The notes beneath the pieces are model-generated. The model was not told the DNA's origin and made no database searches. It saw only the letters and a list, made by a program, of their open reading frames with translations. The position numbers and the translations under genes are program-made. Positions 1 to 12,973 of a DNA stretch of 64,000 bases are shown one piece after another; position 1 is the first letter of the stretch, and each line of letters opens with the position of its first letter. The stretch spans positions 6,138,001-6,202,000 of the forward strand of contig JANJGN010000042.1 in assembly GCA_026770705.1 (NCBI GenBank), read 5' to 3'. This stretch comes from Isurus oxyrinchus. Lineage: Eukaryota.

Positions 1-304
1 ACTGAGTGTGATCAGTGACAGAGCAAGATGCAGTGAAACACTACAATAAAATTTGCTGGAAGAGTTTCAGCAGCATTGACCAATGCATTTGATGGTGCTC
101 TTTCAAAAAGGTAGTGAGTGTCATGAACGGCCGAATGGTCTCCTGCTGCTCTCTCGCATTCTGTATTGCACCGGCAATGCCTGAAGTTCAGGATGGTGCT
201 CATAGTCGGGCGAATTTTGCAAAATTCTTTTCCATGGCGCCTTCTGATGAATGTTATGCTCTGGTTAATGTGCACATTGAGCATAATCTTGCTTTGAGCA
301 TTGA

Positions 305-1567
305 GCATATTGACTTCTTTGAAAATGTGACAAGCAAAGTGGGCAATGGTGATCCTGAAGATGTAATATATCTGGACTTCCAGAAGGCCTTTCTTAAGGT
401 GCCACACAAAAGATTAATACACAAAATAAGATTACACGGTGTTAGGGGTAACACATTAGCTTGGATAGAGGATTGGCATAACCAACAGAAAGCAGAGATT
501 CGGGATAAATGGGTCTTTTTCTGGATAGCAAGCTGTAACAACTAGTGGTGTGCCCCGCGGTTCGGTCCTTGGGCCCCAACTATTTACCATCTATGTTAAT
601 AACTTGGATTCAGAGATAGGAGATACCATAACCAAATTTGCAGATGACATCAAAATAGGTGGGAAAGTAAATTGCAATGAAAAAGAAATAAATTTACAAA
701 TGGATATGGACAGGTTAGGTGAATAGGCCGAGATTTTGCAGAGGGAGTTTAACGTGGATAAGTGTGAGGTTATCCATTTTGGTCGAAAGAATAAAAAGGC
801 TACTTATTGTTTAAATGGAGAGAAACTTCAGAATCCTTCAGTGCAGAGGGATCTGGATATCCTTGTGCATGAATCGCTGAAAGGTAGCATGCAGGTACAG
901 CAGGTAATAAGGAAGGCAAATGGAATTTTGGCATTTATTGCTCAAAGCATAGAATATAAAAATAGGGAAGTGTTTGTTGCAAGTAGGCAAGGCATTGGTG
1001 AGACTGCACCTGGGGTATGGTGCACAGATTCACCCTTACTTGAGGAAGGATATAGCTGCACTGGATGTGGTTCAGAGGAGGTTCACTCGATTGATTCCAG
1101 CGATGCGAGGCTTGTCTTAAGAGGAGAGATTGAGCATTTTAGGCCTATACTCGCTAGAGTTTAGAAGGATGACAGGAGATCTAATTGAGGTATATAAGAT
1201 GCTAAAGGGGATAGACAAAGTAGACATGGAGCGGATGTTTCTCTTTCTGGGGCTTTCTAGAACAGGAGACCATAGCTTTTGTCTAACGGGTGGTAGTGTT
1301 AAATCAGAGATGAGGAGGAATTACTTTTCTCAAAACGTCGTGAACCTGTGGAATTCACCACCTCAGAGTACAGTTGATGCTGGGACGCTGAATAAATTTA
1401 AGGAGGAGATAGACAGATTTTTAATTAATAATGGGTTTAAAGGTTATGGGGAGAGGGGGGAAATTGGAGTTGAGGCCAAAATGAGATCGGCCATGATCGT
1501 ATTGAATGGCGGGGCAGGCTCGAGGGGCTGAATTGCCAACTCCTGCTCCTCGTTCTCATGTTCTTAT
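305..1567 (+). mobile_element. CR1-type LINE, 5'-truncated and frameshifted RT fragment with 3' UTR, in the intron upstream of the C2 exon
   Basis: Translations show FFENVTSKV..VIYLDFQKAF.KVPHKRL, GVPRGSVLGP, KFADD, FNVDKCEVIHFGRKN, LGLYSLEFRRMTGDLIEVYKML and RRNYFSQNVVNLWNS. The 3' end reads cctgctcctcgttctcatgttcttat. Confidence 0.9.
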
Positions 1568-2682
1568 AACCTATTTTGATATTATGATAAAAAAAAATGT
1601 TGACACACCCTACCCACTGAATTCACCAAATTTCTGCAGGCAAAATAGAACAGAGAATTACAGCAAATGGATATATTTTCAACACAATCTGTCAAACTGT
1701 AAAGCCTCATTCAGATAATCGTTCCAATTGCCAGAGTGGATTCTATTTGCTGCTGAGTATCGGTACCAAAATTTGCATGTAAGATGAAACGGAAGAATGG
1801 AGCAGAGAGAAAGCAAGGGCAGAGAAATAGACAATGGAATTAACCTGTCACTGGCAGGAAGTTCCGGATCAGTAGACCCCAGCACTGCCAGCCACAGAAT
1901 CGGGGTGAGGTGTGGGGGCTGGGCAAGGTTTTTGGGGGGGTGCAGAGCAGGGGAGGTTGGTGGTTGGATCACATCCCCGCCAATCGCAGCAGCCCCTGAA
2001 TCAGGAGTAATAATTGGCTTGATCCGGACTTGTGTCTCGAACTCAGGTGGATGTTCCAACTCAGGGACCTGCTAGCCAATCTGACTGGCTGGCAGCCCTA
2101 TTTACCCAGCAACACCAGCGGCAGCAGTGGGCAGGTCTGGGGACACAACAAGTCCACTGCGTCTGAATCTCGGATTCCAGGGTCATGTAAGTGTTGGGTG
2201 TTTCAAGGCTGACAAGGGAGATGATGCCGGGTGTGTGCAGATATGATTAAGTAGTCCTTATGGAGAGGCTGGGGTGGAAGGAAGCGAGCATCCGCGGTTG
2301 GAAGTCTTTGGGAGGGCGTCCGATGTAGAAAGGGCATGTTGGTGCTAGGAAAGTGTGATGGAGGGTAATGTCCTTGGGACGTGTCGTCCAATGTAGAGAA
2401 GGGGTGACCCAGGCCACACCTGAGGAATGGTGGAAGGGGTTTTGCCTGCTGGGGGTGACTCACAGCGCAGCACCCCCTTCATGATCATGGGGCCCTCCAC
2501 CAGGCACTGAGAGCCTTGAAGGCGACCTTCCTCCTTACAGGTTAAAACGTCCTGCATGCCACGTGTTGACATGTCTGCCCACAGATTGTCACTGATATAA
2601 AAATTATTGTTAATAAGTAGAATTGTCAGCATTAAAGCCTCCTCGTGATTTTATTTTTTTTGTTTTTGTTGCTCACTTGTAG

Positions 2683-2988
2683 ATATCACAGTACTTCTCA
2701 GAGATCCCACAGTTGAAGATATTTGGATCAATAAAACTGCCATCCTAGTGTGTGAAGTGGTGTCCACAGCTCCCAATGAGGTTGTGATCTCCTGGAAGGT
2801 GAATGGAAAGGTGAGGGCTGAAGGTGTTCAAATCGAAACCGGTACCCAAGATGGTAACCAGTACCTGACCATCAGCCGCTTGACAAGCAGCGTGGAAGAG
2901 TGGGAAAGCGGGGCTGAATACTCATGTTCAGCACAGGACAATCTATCATCGACTCCGGTATCAAAAGGCACACGAAAGAAACAACGAG
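2683..2988 (+). CDS. IgNAR: Immunoglobulin heavy chain (IgNAR-type) constant exon C2
   Basis: Pyrimidine tract plus AG at 2681-2682, donor G|GTAAG at 2989, 306 nt, phase 1. Translates (D)ITVLLRDPTVEDIWINKTAILVCEVVS..VISWKVNG..YLTISRLTSSVEEWESGAEYSCSAQ: a C1-set domain (Cys-Trp-Cys) closely resembling shark IgNAR C2 as I recall it. IgW C3 is the homologous alternative. Confidence 0.9.
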
Positions 2989-3075
2989 GTAAGCTTATAC
3001 ATGCCTACATATATATATATACGTTTACCAATGGCAATGAAGTTAAGACTAACAGTGGTTGAACTTTTGTTACAG

Positions 3076-3393
3076 TCGAGCCAGTGGAGCCAAAGCTCCG
3101 GCTCTTGCCTCCATCACCAGAAGAAATTCAAAGCACCAAAGCCGCAACCCTCACTTGTTTGATAAGAGGATTCTACCCGGACAAAATAATAATTTCCTGG
3201 CAGAAGAACGGAGCTGCTTTGAGGTCGAACATCAGCAGTTTCCCCACGGCCCTTGAACAGGACCAGACCTTCAGTTCAAAGAGCCTCCTCATTTTACCTG
3301 AAGCGGAATGGAAGTCAGGAGCAAGATACACCTGTGCTGCCTCACACCCACCTACACAATCCACAGAAAATATGACCATCAGCAACACGAAAG
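3076..3393 (+). CDS. IgNAR: IgNAR-type constant exon C3
   Basis: Acceptor ttttgttacAG at 3074-3075 after an 87-nt intron, donor G|GTAAAA at 3394, 318 nt. Translates (V)EPVEPKLRLLPPSPEEIQSTKAATLTCLIRGFYPDKIIISWQK..FPTALEQDQTFS..EWKSGARYTCAASHPP. Confidence 0.92.
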
Positions 3394-4747
3394 GTAAAAA
3401 CAGTTTCTCAGATTGCATTTCCACATTCAAGGTTTGTACTTAAATTGACAGCAACACCGAAGAACCACCACACTAGCAAGTACATTCCTCCAGGTTGCAG
3501 GGACTAAATAACGTATGGGAACCAATTAATGTGGCCTGATCTCCCAGACAGCACAGAGATGGTACAGTGCTCAGCACTCAATATGTCCGCCTCCACAAGC
3601 AATTTGAGAATCCAGTGATGATAAGGGGAAGGATAAGAATGTCTGAGACTTAACTTCTCAGTTTTCTGGAAATGAGCGCTTTATTCAGATGGTGCTAAGC
3701 ATACCTTAAGGGACACTCTGTTCCACAAAGTGGGGTTAAGACTTTGCGCGGTCCACTTCCCTGTTTCATTTCTTTTTTAGAAAACTACAACAGTGACTGC
3801 TTTTCAGCAGTGAGTTCAGAACCAGAAGCAGCCAGTCACCAGGGAGTTGAACAATCGAAGCCGTTTTGTATGTTTCTAGTCTTGAAAGCTACTGCAACAA
3901 ATGCATTAGAGGTCACAGGCCTGGGCAAATAACGTCCTCATGGACTGAACCTAATGAAGTGACAATTTATTTTGATCAATTTAATCTCCTCTGATCAACA
4001 TTTTCATTTCCGGCGGTGTAGTATTTTTTAAGTGAAGGCTAAAAAAACCCTGCACAATAATTGCCCAGCGCCTCAGTGATTGGCTGGGAATTCTCAGATT
4101 TCCCAGGAAGCTGGAGGTACTTTGCTGAGTTCGTTGATATTGACCTTTGGTGTCTGGTAATTGGCCTCGGTATCTCTTCGTTTGTGCAGTAGGAATGGTC
4201 ATTGGTTTGATTCCCAATCTACGGTAGCTACCGATGTGCCAGTTTGGAATGAATGTTAAAATTGGGTGCGATGCATTCAGGGCATAATAAATTGCTGATA
4301 TTTTCTGCCTATGTGGGTTCATTGGGAACAACCATTAGCTGAGGTTCGAGAGGTGATGAACAGAACTCAATAGTGAGCAGTGGCAATAACAGGGCAAATA
4401 CTTCGACTGACGGAGCCCCAGACTCTTAAAGCTCGAGCTCCATCTGATCGCTGAGCACCTATGCACTGTAATGTGAACCAACTCATAATAATGTTCCCTC
4501 AATGAGGCTGTTTTTCATCACTGGGTTAACCACACTGAACCGGTGACTCTTGGAAGGTACAGTGGTCCGGGCGTATCTGGTAACAGGTGAGGGACCCTTT
4601 CTTTGCTCCTCCTACGGCCTGAGTGGCCATCGTCGGAGTCGACATGTTTGGACATCTGCTGATGGCAAGAGTCGACTGGGCTGTGATGCATTCTCGGTAA
4701 AATAGGCTGCTGATGCACTCTGTCCCTGCTGACCCACTCATAACGGG

Positions 4748-5143
4748 ATGTGGTCTTCGCTGGCTGGGCCAGCACTTACTTCCCATCCCTAGTGGCCCGT
4801 GAGAAGGTGGTGGTGAGCTGCATTCTTGAACCGCTCCAGTCCACGTGGTGTAGGTTTACCCGCAGCGCTGTTAGGAAGGGAGCTTCAGGATTTTTATCAG
4901 ACAACAATGAAGGGAAGGCAATATATTTCCAAGACACAATCCTGAGTTGGAAATATATTTGTCGTTTGCTTCACTGCCGCTGGTCAAAATCCAGGAACAC
5001 CCTTCCTAACAGCATTGTGGGTGTAACAATAAAACATAGACTGCAGTGGTTCAAGAAGGCAGCTCACCACCATCTTCTCGAGCGCAGTTATGGATGGGCA
5101 ACAAGTGCTGGCCCGGCCAGCGAGGCCCACATTCTCTGCATGA
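4748..5143. repeat. Two 3'-end fragments of LINE family B in inverted orientation, forming a ~385 bp imperfect palindrome
   Basis: 4748-4932 (atgtggtcttcgctggctgggccagc...atatatttccaa) is the approximate reverse complement of 4947-5132 (ttggaaatatat...gctggcccggccagcgaggcccacat). The same 3'-end sequence recurs near 9060, 24830, 29610 and 41610. Confidence 0.8.
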
Positions 5144-5494
5144 TAAACAATCGACATTTGACAGAGATACTCAAAGTGACCTTCCCTGTTAGATCTTATA
5201 CCAGAAAATAATGTTTATGTGATACAGTTAAATGTCTCATGTTGGTTCAAATAGTTACAAGGAAACCGTTAGAAAATAATCTAAAACATCCTATTTTCTT
5301 TGCTGGAAGGATGATCTGAGCTTTGCAATGTTGAAATCTGCCCCTTTAAAACTTGGGGACATTTTTTGTCAATTGGTTGCAAAATTCCTTCTCGTTGCCA
5401 CGTTTTATCCTGTTTAAACTCATTGAGATGGCTCGTTTTATTACACTGTCATTATTATTTTATAAAATTTCCTCATTCCCTCCAAATATTTTCT

Positions 5495-6080
5495 TTTGCT
5501 GCCAAATGAGGAGAGACAATATAAACTAAAGGCTGCAATTCCGAACGGGTTGCAAGTACAGGGATACGTGGCCTTATACCTGTACAAATCATTGATGAGC
5601 GTGGGGAAGCTGGAGATAATGGTTAAACAATGAGAACCAGAGCTGTACAAACAGAGGCAGAGAGTTCCAAAACAAGGAGATTATGTTCAAGCTTTATTCC
5701 AGTTTAGGTCAAATCAGTATTTTATAATGTGTCCATTTCTGGGCACCACAAGTTAGCAAGAATATGAAAAGTTTCGAGAGACTGCAGAAAGGGATTGTGA
5801 GAATTATTCCAGGGTTACGGGAATCAGTTACGTAGGGAAGGGCTGTTCTCTTTGGATAAGAGGAGGTTGAGAGGAGATTTGTTAAGTGATTGATTGCCAA
5901 CAGGCAAGTAAGTGGTCACATCTGACAGTCTGGATAAATGTTGGTCTTTCAGGGAATCAAGGAATATGTGCAGTGGGTGGGGAGCTGGAGATAGAGGCGA
6001 AGGTCATGCTTGTAATGAATGGCCGGCGAGCCTTCAGGGATCGAATGGCCTGCTGCGGCTCCGATTTCTTACGTTTTTAT
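5495..6080 (+). mobile_element. Degenerate CR1 LINE 3' fragment
   Basis: Similar to the 3' parts of the other CR1 copies (tgtgtccatttctgggcacca; gaatggccggcgagccttcagggatcgaatggcctgctgc..tttcttacgttttt). Confidence 0.6.
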
Positions 6081-6851
6081 TTCCCTGACCAGAAGCAGAA
6101 TTTTATTTTTTTAAAACTACCCCACCGCCTCCCTCCCCCGCCCCATTTTTGTTGGTAAACCTGTTATTGCTCTCAGTGCACGGATAGTATAGAAGGCCTG
6201 TCCATTGTTACTAATTTAAAATTTGTGTACCTCTGGGTCAGGTATATCATGGTAAACCTACACATTTCCTCACTTTACATTCTGCAAAACAATTGCTTAA
6301 ACTCAAAATTCCAGCGGCAGTCCTTCCAAACTGGATGATATTTCACTCTCTCTAAAACATTAGACTCTCCAATTGAGTGAGTGAACTTGGTGTCAAATCA
6401 TGCAGAACGTCTATAAAGTTTTGCTCAGGGCACGCGTCCGCCCTTTGATCAGTCCTGGGAAAATTAATTAAACATTGGGTCATAAATAGAGGGAACTTTT
6501 AATTACGTTACATGAGTGGGAAAAGAATCGGGCACCTACAGGCCACTAGACAGCGTTCGACCTCCAGAATCAGCGCAAATACAATCAAATATTCAGTCCC
6601 TGTCAGAGTAATCGGCGAGCCTGGAAAGAATTGCAGTGAATATTATTCAGAACATGATCCATGGAAGCCATAGGAATGAAAACAATAAGTCTAGGAGAGC
6701 GCAGCATCATGTTATCTCAACCAGCAACAGGATAATAACAACTCAATCACTTTTCAGTAAGTACTGGTTCACATTTTCTAGCATTCTGCAGTGTTTGTCG
6801 TCCGTGATTTCAACATGAGAGTTTGAAACAACCGTTCGCTTTTCTTTCCAG

Positions 6852-7172
6852 CTGATTGCCCTGAGTCAGACATTTCTGTCAATATATTGAACCCTCCGTT
6901 TGAAGAGATATGGGTTCAAAAGACAGCGACCATTGCTTGTGAAATCCTTTACAGTGATTTAGAAAGCGTCAGCGTGTCCTGGCAAGTGGATGGGAGAATG
7001 AGAACGGAAGGAGTTGAGACCCAGAATCCTGAGTGGAGTGGAAGCAATTCGGCCATCGTGAGCAAACTGACGGTCACTGCGGCAGAGTGGGACAGTGGGG
7101 TGGAATATGTCTGTCTTGTAGAAGGAAGTGAATTACCAACACCAAAGAGACGCTCAACCAGGAAATTAAAGG
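6852..7172 (+). CDS. IgNAR: IgNAR-type constant exon C4
   Basis: Acceptor tttctttccAG at 6850-6851, donor G|GTAAG at 7173, 321 nt. Translates (A)DCPESDISVNILNPPFEEIWVQKTATIACEILYSDLESVSVSWQV..GVETQNPEWSGS..EWDSGVEYVCLVEGSELPTP, with an extra N-terminal Cys at the position of the IgNAR inter-chain disulfide. Confidence 0.92.
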
Positions 7173-7617
7173 GTAAGCACAGATAACACTCGTTCAGGGA
7201 CTGGTCCAATTGCCAATGGCCCCAAACGAAAATAAAAAGCAGGCCAAACGTTAAATTCTAGTATAATCAATGAAATACAGTCCCGGGTCCAACCAGTCAC
7301 CACGTTGATGAAAACTATGGTAAAGAAAATGTAAGAAATCTGAAACTGCTGCATCCCCAAGTCCAACAGTGTCAGCATTTCTTTAAAATGCTTTCCCCAA
7401 CGCTATGAGGAAAAAAATAGGGCCACAATGCAAACAATAAAAAGAAAAAATATGAATGAGAGCCATGTGCAAGGAAAAAGATTTTTAAACCTATGAGATA
7501 GGAAATATTCCACATTTCCAAACATATGGTACTTCTAAGAGAAGAAAATGTATAGTGAAGACCAAATAATAGACAGAGTCAGTTTAAAAAAATATTTGTA
7601 TATTTCTCTCTTTACAG

Positions 7618-8000
7618 TTGGCACAATGATTAGTCCCAAAGTCTACATTCTGTCTCCGTCAGAGGATGAGATTGACACTGAGAATACGGCAACGCTGGTG
7701 TGTCTCGCCACCGGTTTTTATCCTGCTGAGATTTACATCGCTTGGATGGCCAATGACACCCTTCTGGATTCAGGTCATCCGAGCCAACTGGAGAGTGAGA
7801 AGGGAAATGGTTCCAGCTTCTTAGCCGGCAGATTGAGACTCACCGCAGCCGAGTGGAACACTGGCACCACTTACTCCTGTTTAGTGGGCCACCCGTCCCT
7901 CGAGAGGAATTTAATCCGAAGTATTAATAAATCCCACGGTAAACCTACTTTAGTTAATGTTTCGCTTCACCTAACTGACAGTGTTAAATCGTGTACATAA
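7618..8000 (+). CDS. IgNAR: IgNAR-type terminal constant exon C5 with secretory tailpiece; internal donor at 7938/7939 for the membrane form
   Basis: Acceptor ctctctttacAG at 7616-7617. Translates (V)GTMISPKVYILSPSEDEIDTENTATLVCLATGFYPAEIYIAWMANDTLLDSG..YSCLVGHPSLERNLIRSINKSH|GKPTLVNVSLHLTDSVKSCT*. G|GTAAA donor within the GK codons; tailpiece has an NVS sequon and penultimate Cys. Confidence 0.93.
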
Positions 8001-8225
8001 CCCGCCATGATTGACCAGGCCTTTCCTGTAGAAATGTCACCGCTGTGAGGTTCCTAATTATTTCAATATTGGAATCAACAAATCTCCCAAACATCTGACC
8101 TCACAATCACCCTCCAGGGCAGCGAATGACTGTTCGCATTTTATACAAGTTGCCATATTATCAAAAACTCATGAAGGGTTTAGTGATGCATGGTTAGTTT
8201 GTCTGTATGTGGCACAACTGATTGC

Positions 8226-8231
8226 AATAAA
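8226..8231 (+). promoter_or_regulatory. Polyadenylation signal for the secretory transcript
   Basis: First AATAAA I found after the stop (225 nt downstream), followed ~35 nt later by a GT-rich element (tttgtctgtgtgtg). Confidence 0.7.
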
Positions 8232-8599
8232 AGCAAAATGAAAATTGGCTGCCTTGCTTATTCATGGTTTGTCTGTGTGTGATATCTTCGTGGTGATCAT
8301 TAATGCTTTGAAGCAAATGTATAAGATATATATGCTCTAATACCCAAAATGTGCAACACCCGTCTGTTCCTCCACTTTTAGAAATACTTGGTGTGCTTTC
8401 AAGCAGATTACACAAAGCATCAGCGTTCTTTCAGAGTTACTGTGATTTACTCTTTCGCAATAAGCTATTTACCTAGAGGGCGGATTGAATAAATTGGAGG
8501 AAGTTACGCTCAACCTATATAGTGACAACATTCACCAAAACTGATTTTTGAATGGTTTCACTCTGATAAATCAATTCCAGCCAGAAAAACACCTAACAT

Positions 8600-10090
8600 T
8601 GAGAGTCTTCTAGCTTCTGACTATTTACTCATCTTCCATGTTTCAACCCGATGATGCCCCTCAACCACATATTTCTAAATCGCAATTCTTTATCCCATTT
8701 GGCCACTGACAAAGGGCTACCTCACTGCCCATTCTCTGTATTCTCCACTGCCTCTCACTTTTCCGCTGCATGTCTAGACAGTCAATATTAAGCGAGTACA
8801 GGTTGTCTCCTCGAGAATCGCAAAGCTATCATCTTTGAATCCCGCCATACACTCCATCTCCACATCTTCACTTTCAAACAAGAATCATCCAAAATTATTG
8901 AGCCGTTGGCCCAATTCACGACATGTCCCCATTTAACCATTACTCTTGTGCTGGCTCCAAGTCAAATAACTACACCGTTTGAAAATTCTTATTCCTGTTT
9001 TTTAAATACCTGCATGGCTTTTCTCCTCGATCAACTGTTTTTTTTTTAAGTATTCATTCGGCTAGTTTTTGGGTCGCTGGCAAGGTCATGTTTTGTCTCT
9101 AATTGTCCTAGAGAAGATGGCGGTGACCTTTTCTCTTGAACCATTGCAAACCACGTGGCGTATGACACGCACAATACTGTAGGGGATTACAGGATTTAGA
9201 CCCAGAAATAATGATGGAATGATGATTTAGTGGCAAGTAAAGATGGTGTGCAACTTGGAGGAGCCTTTTCAGATGATCGTGTTCCTACGCATCTGCTGTC
9301 CTTTTCTTTCTAGATTGTAGTGGTTCCGCGCTTGGAAAGTGCTGTCAAAGTAGCGTTAGGGAGTGGCTGGAGGGTCTCTTATAGATGGGTCACACTGTTG
9401 CCACTGTGCGTCGGGAGTGAAGAAAGAAATGTTGAAAAAGTTTAACATGTTGCCGACCAAGCGGGAAACTTTATGCTGGCTATTGCTCCAGTCAGCCTGC
9501 CCTCCCGGATCCCCACGTGCCTCCAATTCAGATCTCGTGTGCATGCTCAATTTTCTTTATTTTGTCCTAATTATTTCATGGGATGTCGCTGGCAAGGCCA
9601 GCACTTGTTGCCGAATTGCCCATGAGCTGATGTATTTCTAAGTCATGGTGGAGGACAGCTTAAAAGTCAATGAAACTGGCATGGTCCATGTACGGATTTC
9701 AGATTTCCTTCCGTCAGGGGCATTAGTGAAGCAGATCTGGTTTACAGCGTTCGGTGGCAGTTTCGTGGTCACCATTACTAAGGCGATTTCTACTATTACT
9801 TGTTCACTGACATCACCGTTAGGCCACCAGCTCCCTATATCACTTATAGAATATGGGTGTCAACTGCCCAAACACTAAGCTCTACACATGCATCGTTAAA
9901 CCTGTGCGCTGCTTTTACCTATCTCTGCTACTTCAAGAAGCACATTAAAGAAACGATATTTTACAAAGATTTGTTTACTTGACCTGATTGGATCTTCCTT
10001 CACTTGGCATCAGGTGCTGTCTGATTTTGCTCCTGTAAAACACCTCGAGGCTTTTTCCCCACGTTTCTCGTGCTGCAAAGCTGCAACTTG
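8600..10090 (+). mobile_element. Degenerate L2-like LINE 3' region, interrupted by a family B 3' end (~9050-9490) and a family B SINE (~9570-9790)
   Basis: Remnant resembling the L2 ORF2 C-terminus (ctggctccaagtc..tttgaaaattcttattcctgtttttaaatacctgcatggc) and an L2-type tail (gctcctgtaaaacacctcgagg). Confidence 0.45.
9570..9790 (-). mobile_element. SINE-like short derivative of LINE family B (5'-UTR body joined to the LINE 3' tail)
   Basis: ggatgtcgctggcaaggccagcacttgttgcc (family B 3' tail) is joined to ggacagcttaaaagtcaa..cattagtgaagcagatctggttt..tttcgtggtcaccatta, which matches 55146-55275. Confidence 0.55.
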
Positions 10091-12815
10091 ATGTTGTTGT
10101 GCAATGAATGATCGATTTGTATAATTTCCAAAGATCGCATTCGGAGATACGCATTGATTTGAAATTATCCCCGTATTTTTATTTTTAATCATAGCGGACA
10201 TCATTAACATTTCCCTGGCTTCTGAATCAGAAGGTTGTGGATTAATCTCCTTTCCACAATTCTGGCACTTGATCGAGGCTCATATTGCAGTCGAACGGTG
10301 TGAAGGGTAGTGAAGTCTCAGTGCTGCTGTGTTTCATTTGAAAAGCATATTCTTGACCCGATCCGATAGTTCCGGCGCATGTTGAAGACTCCATGCAGAA
10401 TTGCAGGAGCAGTGATATCTTCCAGAGTCTGTTATCTCTATTATATCCAGACACAGCATTATATAGACTGGCTTCCTATTTGCTCCTTTAGTTTTTTTCG
10501 GGGTGTTATTTTAGTTTAACTTGCTGTGGACTCAAACACTAAAGTATTTAAATTTTTGAAAAAGTATTATTATTTCCCCATGAAGTATTTGGGAAATTCT
10601 GAATCAGTGAAAGGTTACCTATGAAGCAGGGCATGACTTTGTTGCCACCATCGTCAACCTTGCTCAGCTCACATAATTTAGCACACAATCTGTCCGTATG
10701 TCCAATGTGAAGCGGAGGCACCAAGAACTGATTTTTCAAGGAGAATCTCAGTCTGCAGTAAATCAACTGGTCGCATTCGTGTTGCCAATAGTTACCCTGT
10801 TTTTTCTTCCCCCTTGTTTACGTGCATCAGGCCGCTATTCATTGTGCCCTGTTGAAAAATACACTGAAATTAAAGGCGCAGATCAGAGAGTTGGTTGGTA
10901 GGTCTCCTTACCAGGCAGTCCACAAACATCCTCGGAATCTGAAAAAGACCCAATAAAGTTTCGATGGGCAAACAAAAACATGTCAACCAGGGATCATTGC
11001 ACAATTCACCTTCTGGACAGTGCATTCTGTTATACTGGGTTTACTAAGTGAGAAACATAGCAGGAGTACAATACTTCATCCATTGTTGATCTGAAATCTC
11101 AGCCATGTCATCGAAAAATGTATGCATGGCCATGTAGAGAATATATGCCCAGGTGACTGTATTGATGTACCTGCCCAGAGTTAAGCAAATGTTGCTGAGT
11201 CTCTGAACCTCCAGTAGTTGGAGCTGCTCTTTTATGTCTTGTGGGATCACTCCGTGCTGGAAAACATCTCGCTGAGTAAAGGAAGCAGTCTTCTAAAGGG
11301 TCTGACAGCTATCGATGTTGGATGCTCATAGAGTGGCAGTTATCCAGGAAAAGAAGGAGGCCATTCGGCCTATCTATCTGCCAAGTGTTTGGTGAAGCTG
11401 TGGATATTACACGTAATATCCCCTACTTGGCACACGTTCAAGTGCAATAGGTAAGTGAACACAACTTATATCCGTGTCCTGCACAATGTCAGTCTTTGAA
11501 TTATCTCGGTACTATTCAGTTGCGTTGACTCGAGTCCGGTTGAACAGCTTAAACAGCTGGTCTTACTCCAGTACAGATATTTCTGTAGATTGCCTGATCC
11601 TACAATGCTTCATCAGCTCATATATATGAAGGGCTCATAGCCTGGTAGAATTCAAGGTAGAGTAGGTATTGTAGGATCGACAATTTTTTCGAATTGTAAA
11701 ATTGGAAGGTCTTGTTTGGTTGTTTAGAAAACGAGGCTTGTCAATCATTCAACTCTCATAGAGGGGAAACAAGCATTTGATGAGAACGATGAATTTGATA
11801 AAATATGACAATGTTTATTCTTTTGGTGCAGGTACACATAAAATTACGATGCTTCTGCATTCACTTAAGCCACCTGCGCTCAATACAAATCGAAAAATCA
11901 GCCAGTGGGATAGCTTGCAGAATTAGAGAGTTAGTAGTGACACGTTCAGGGGATTGAGGGAATTGTTAACGTCACCTTTAACCAGGCGCTCACAGTTCTA
12001 CCCCACAGGGTAACCATCCCTATGGTGCTATTGTGACATAATGCTGGAGCTGCCATAGGGAAATATACGACACAATGTATTACAGAATTCACAGGACCTT
12101 AGTAACCGTGTAACCAGAGAATTGTAAACATAATATATCGCGATAATCATAGCAAAGATGTTGATACTGCAATGCTGACGTCATCAATAACAATCCAATC
12201 TGATGACATTGGGTAAAGAGTAATGCTGCTGTTCAGATTATACTGTCAATATATATGCACCTTAACCGGTTTAAATACTGTGAAATCATTTGTTTCTACC
12301 GACGAATGATCTTTGCCGTAAAATGTCAATACCTCCTGAGAGGCGAACATAAACTGTGCCGATGAGGTGCAGCTGAATCTTGAGTTGAAATGTGACTCCG
12401 CCCTCATTTGCCTGATGATCTCCTGGTTAGTGTAGCCTGTGAAATGCAAGTGATTCGAGCCTGAGTCCACCTTTCTATTCAGATCAGTGCCGAATTCGCC
12501 TTCTAAATAGATTTTTGATTATTTTGGTGTTAGCGGCTGCTAAAAGAGTAAAAATAAACTTCAGTCACAGGTGAATGATCATTTTTCATGGAACGGTGCA
12601 AATAATGCAAACATTATCATTTAAAATAACTCCTCTATCCAAGGTGCGCTGTATGACCTCGATTTTCACCCCCAACAATCATACCGTGTTTTCAGAAAAT
12701 TACTTCAATCGACTTAAGGTCTTTTCATGTGCCCTGCCAGCTGCCGCCTTTATGTTATATCGAGTCTATATTCAACCCGATCTCATTTATAACACAGTCC
12801 GTTTATTTATTCTAG

Positions 12816-12973
12816 AACTCCCTCAAATAATGGAAGGTATGGACGACCAATTAGTAGAGGAAGACGGATTAGAAAACTTCGATGAGGATGTAGGCACTGC
12901 ATCAACAGTAGTCGCTTTCGTCACTTTGTTCATTCTAAGTATGATATACAGCTCGTACGTGACAGTCCTTAAG
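12816..12973 (+). CDS. IgNAR: Ig heavy chain transmembrane exon TM1
   Basis: Acceptor tttatttattctAG at 12814-12815, phase 1, donor AAG|GTAAAG. Translates (E)LPQIMEGMDDQLVEEDGLENFDEDVGTASTVVAFVTLFILSMIYSSYVTVLK: an acidic spacer plus an antigen-receptor TM (CART-like T, F, S, YS, VT, K). Confidence 0.92.

Noticed and set aside
1790-2640. GC-richer ORF cluster (1679-2632) as a host gene
   Set aside because: Low-complexity overlapping ORFs on both strands with no recognisable domain; most likely an old repeat remnant.
2683-8000. IgM or T-cell receptor identity for the constant exons
   Set aside because: Domain signatures (LLRDPTVEDIW, LLPPSPEEIQST, DC..DISV..PPFEEIW, EIDTEN.ATL.CLAT, KSCT tail) fit the IgNAR/IgW family, and four C exons plus a secretory tailpiece exclude TCR.
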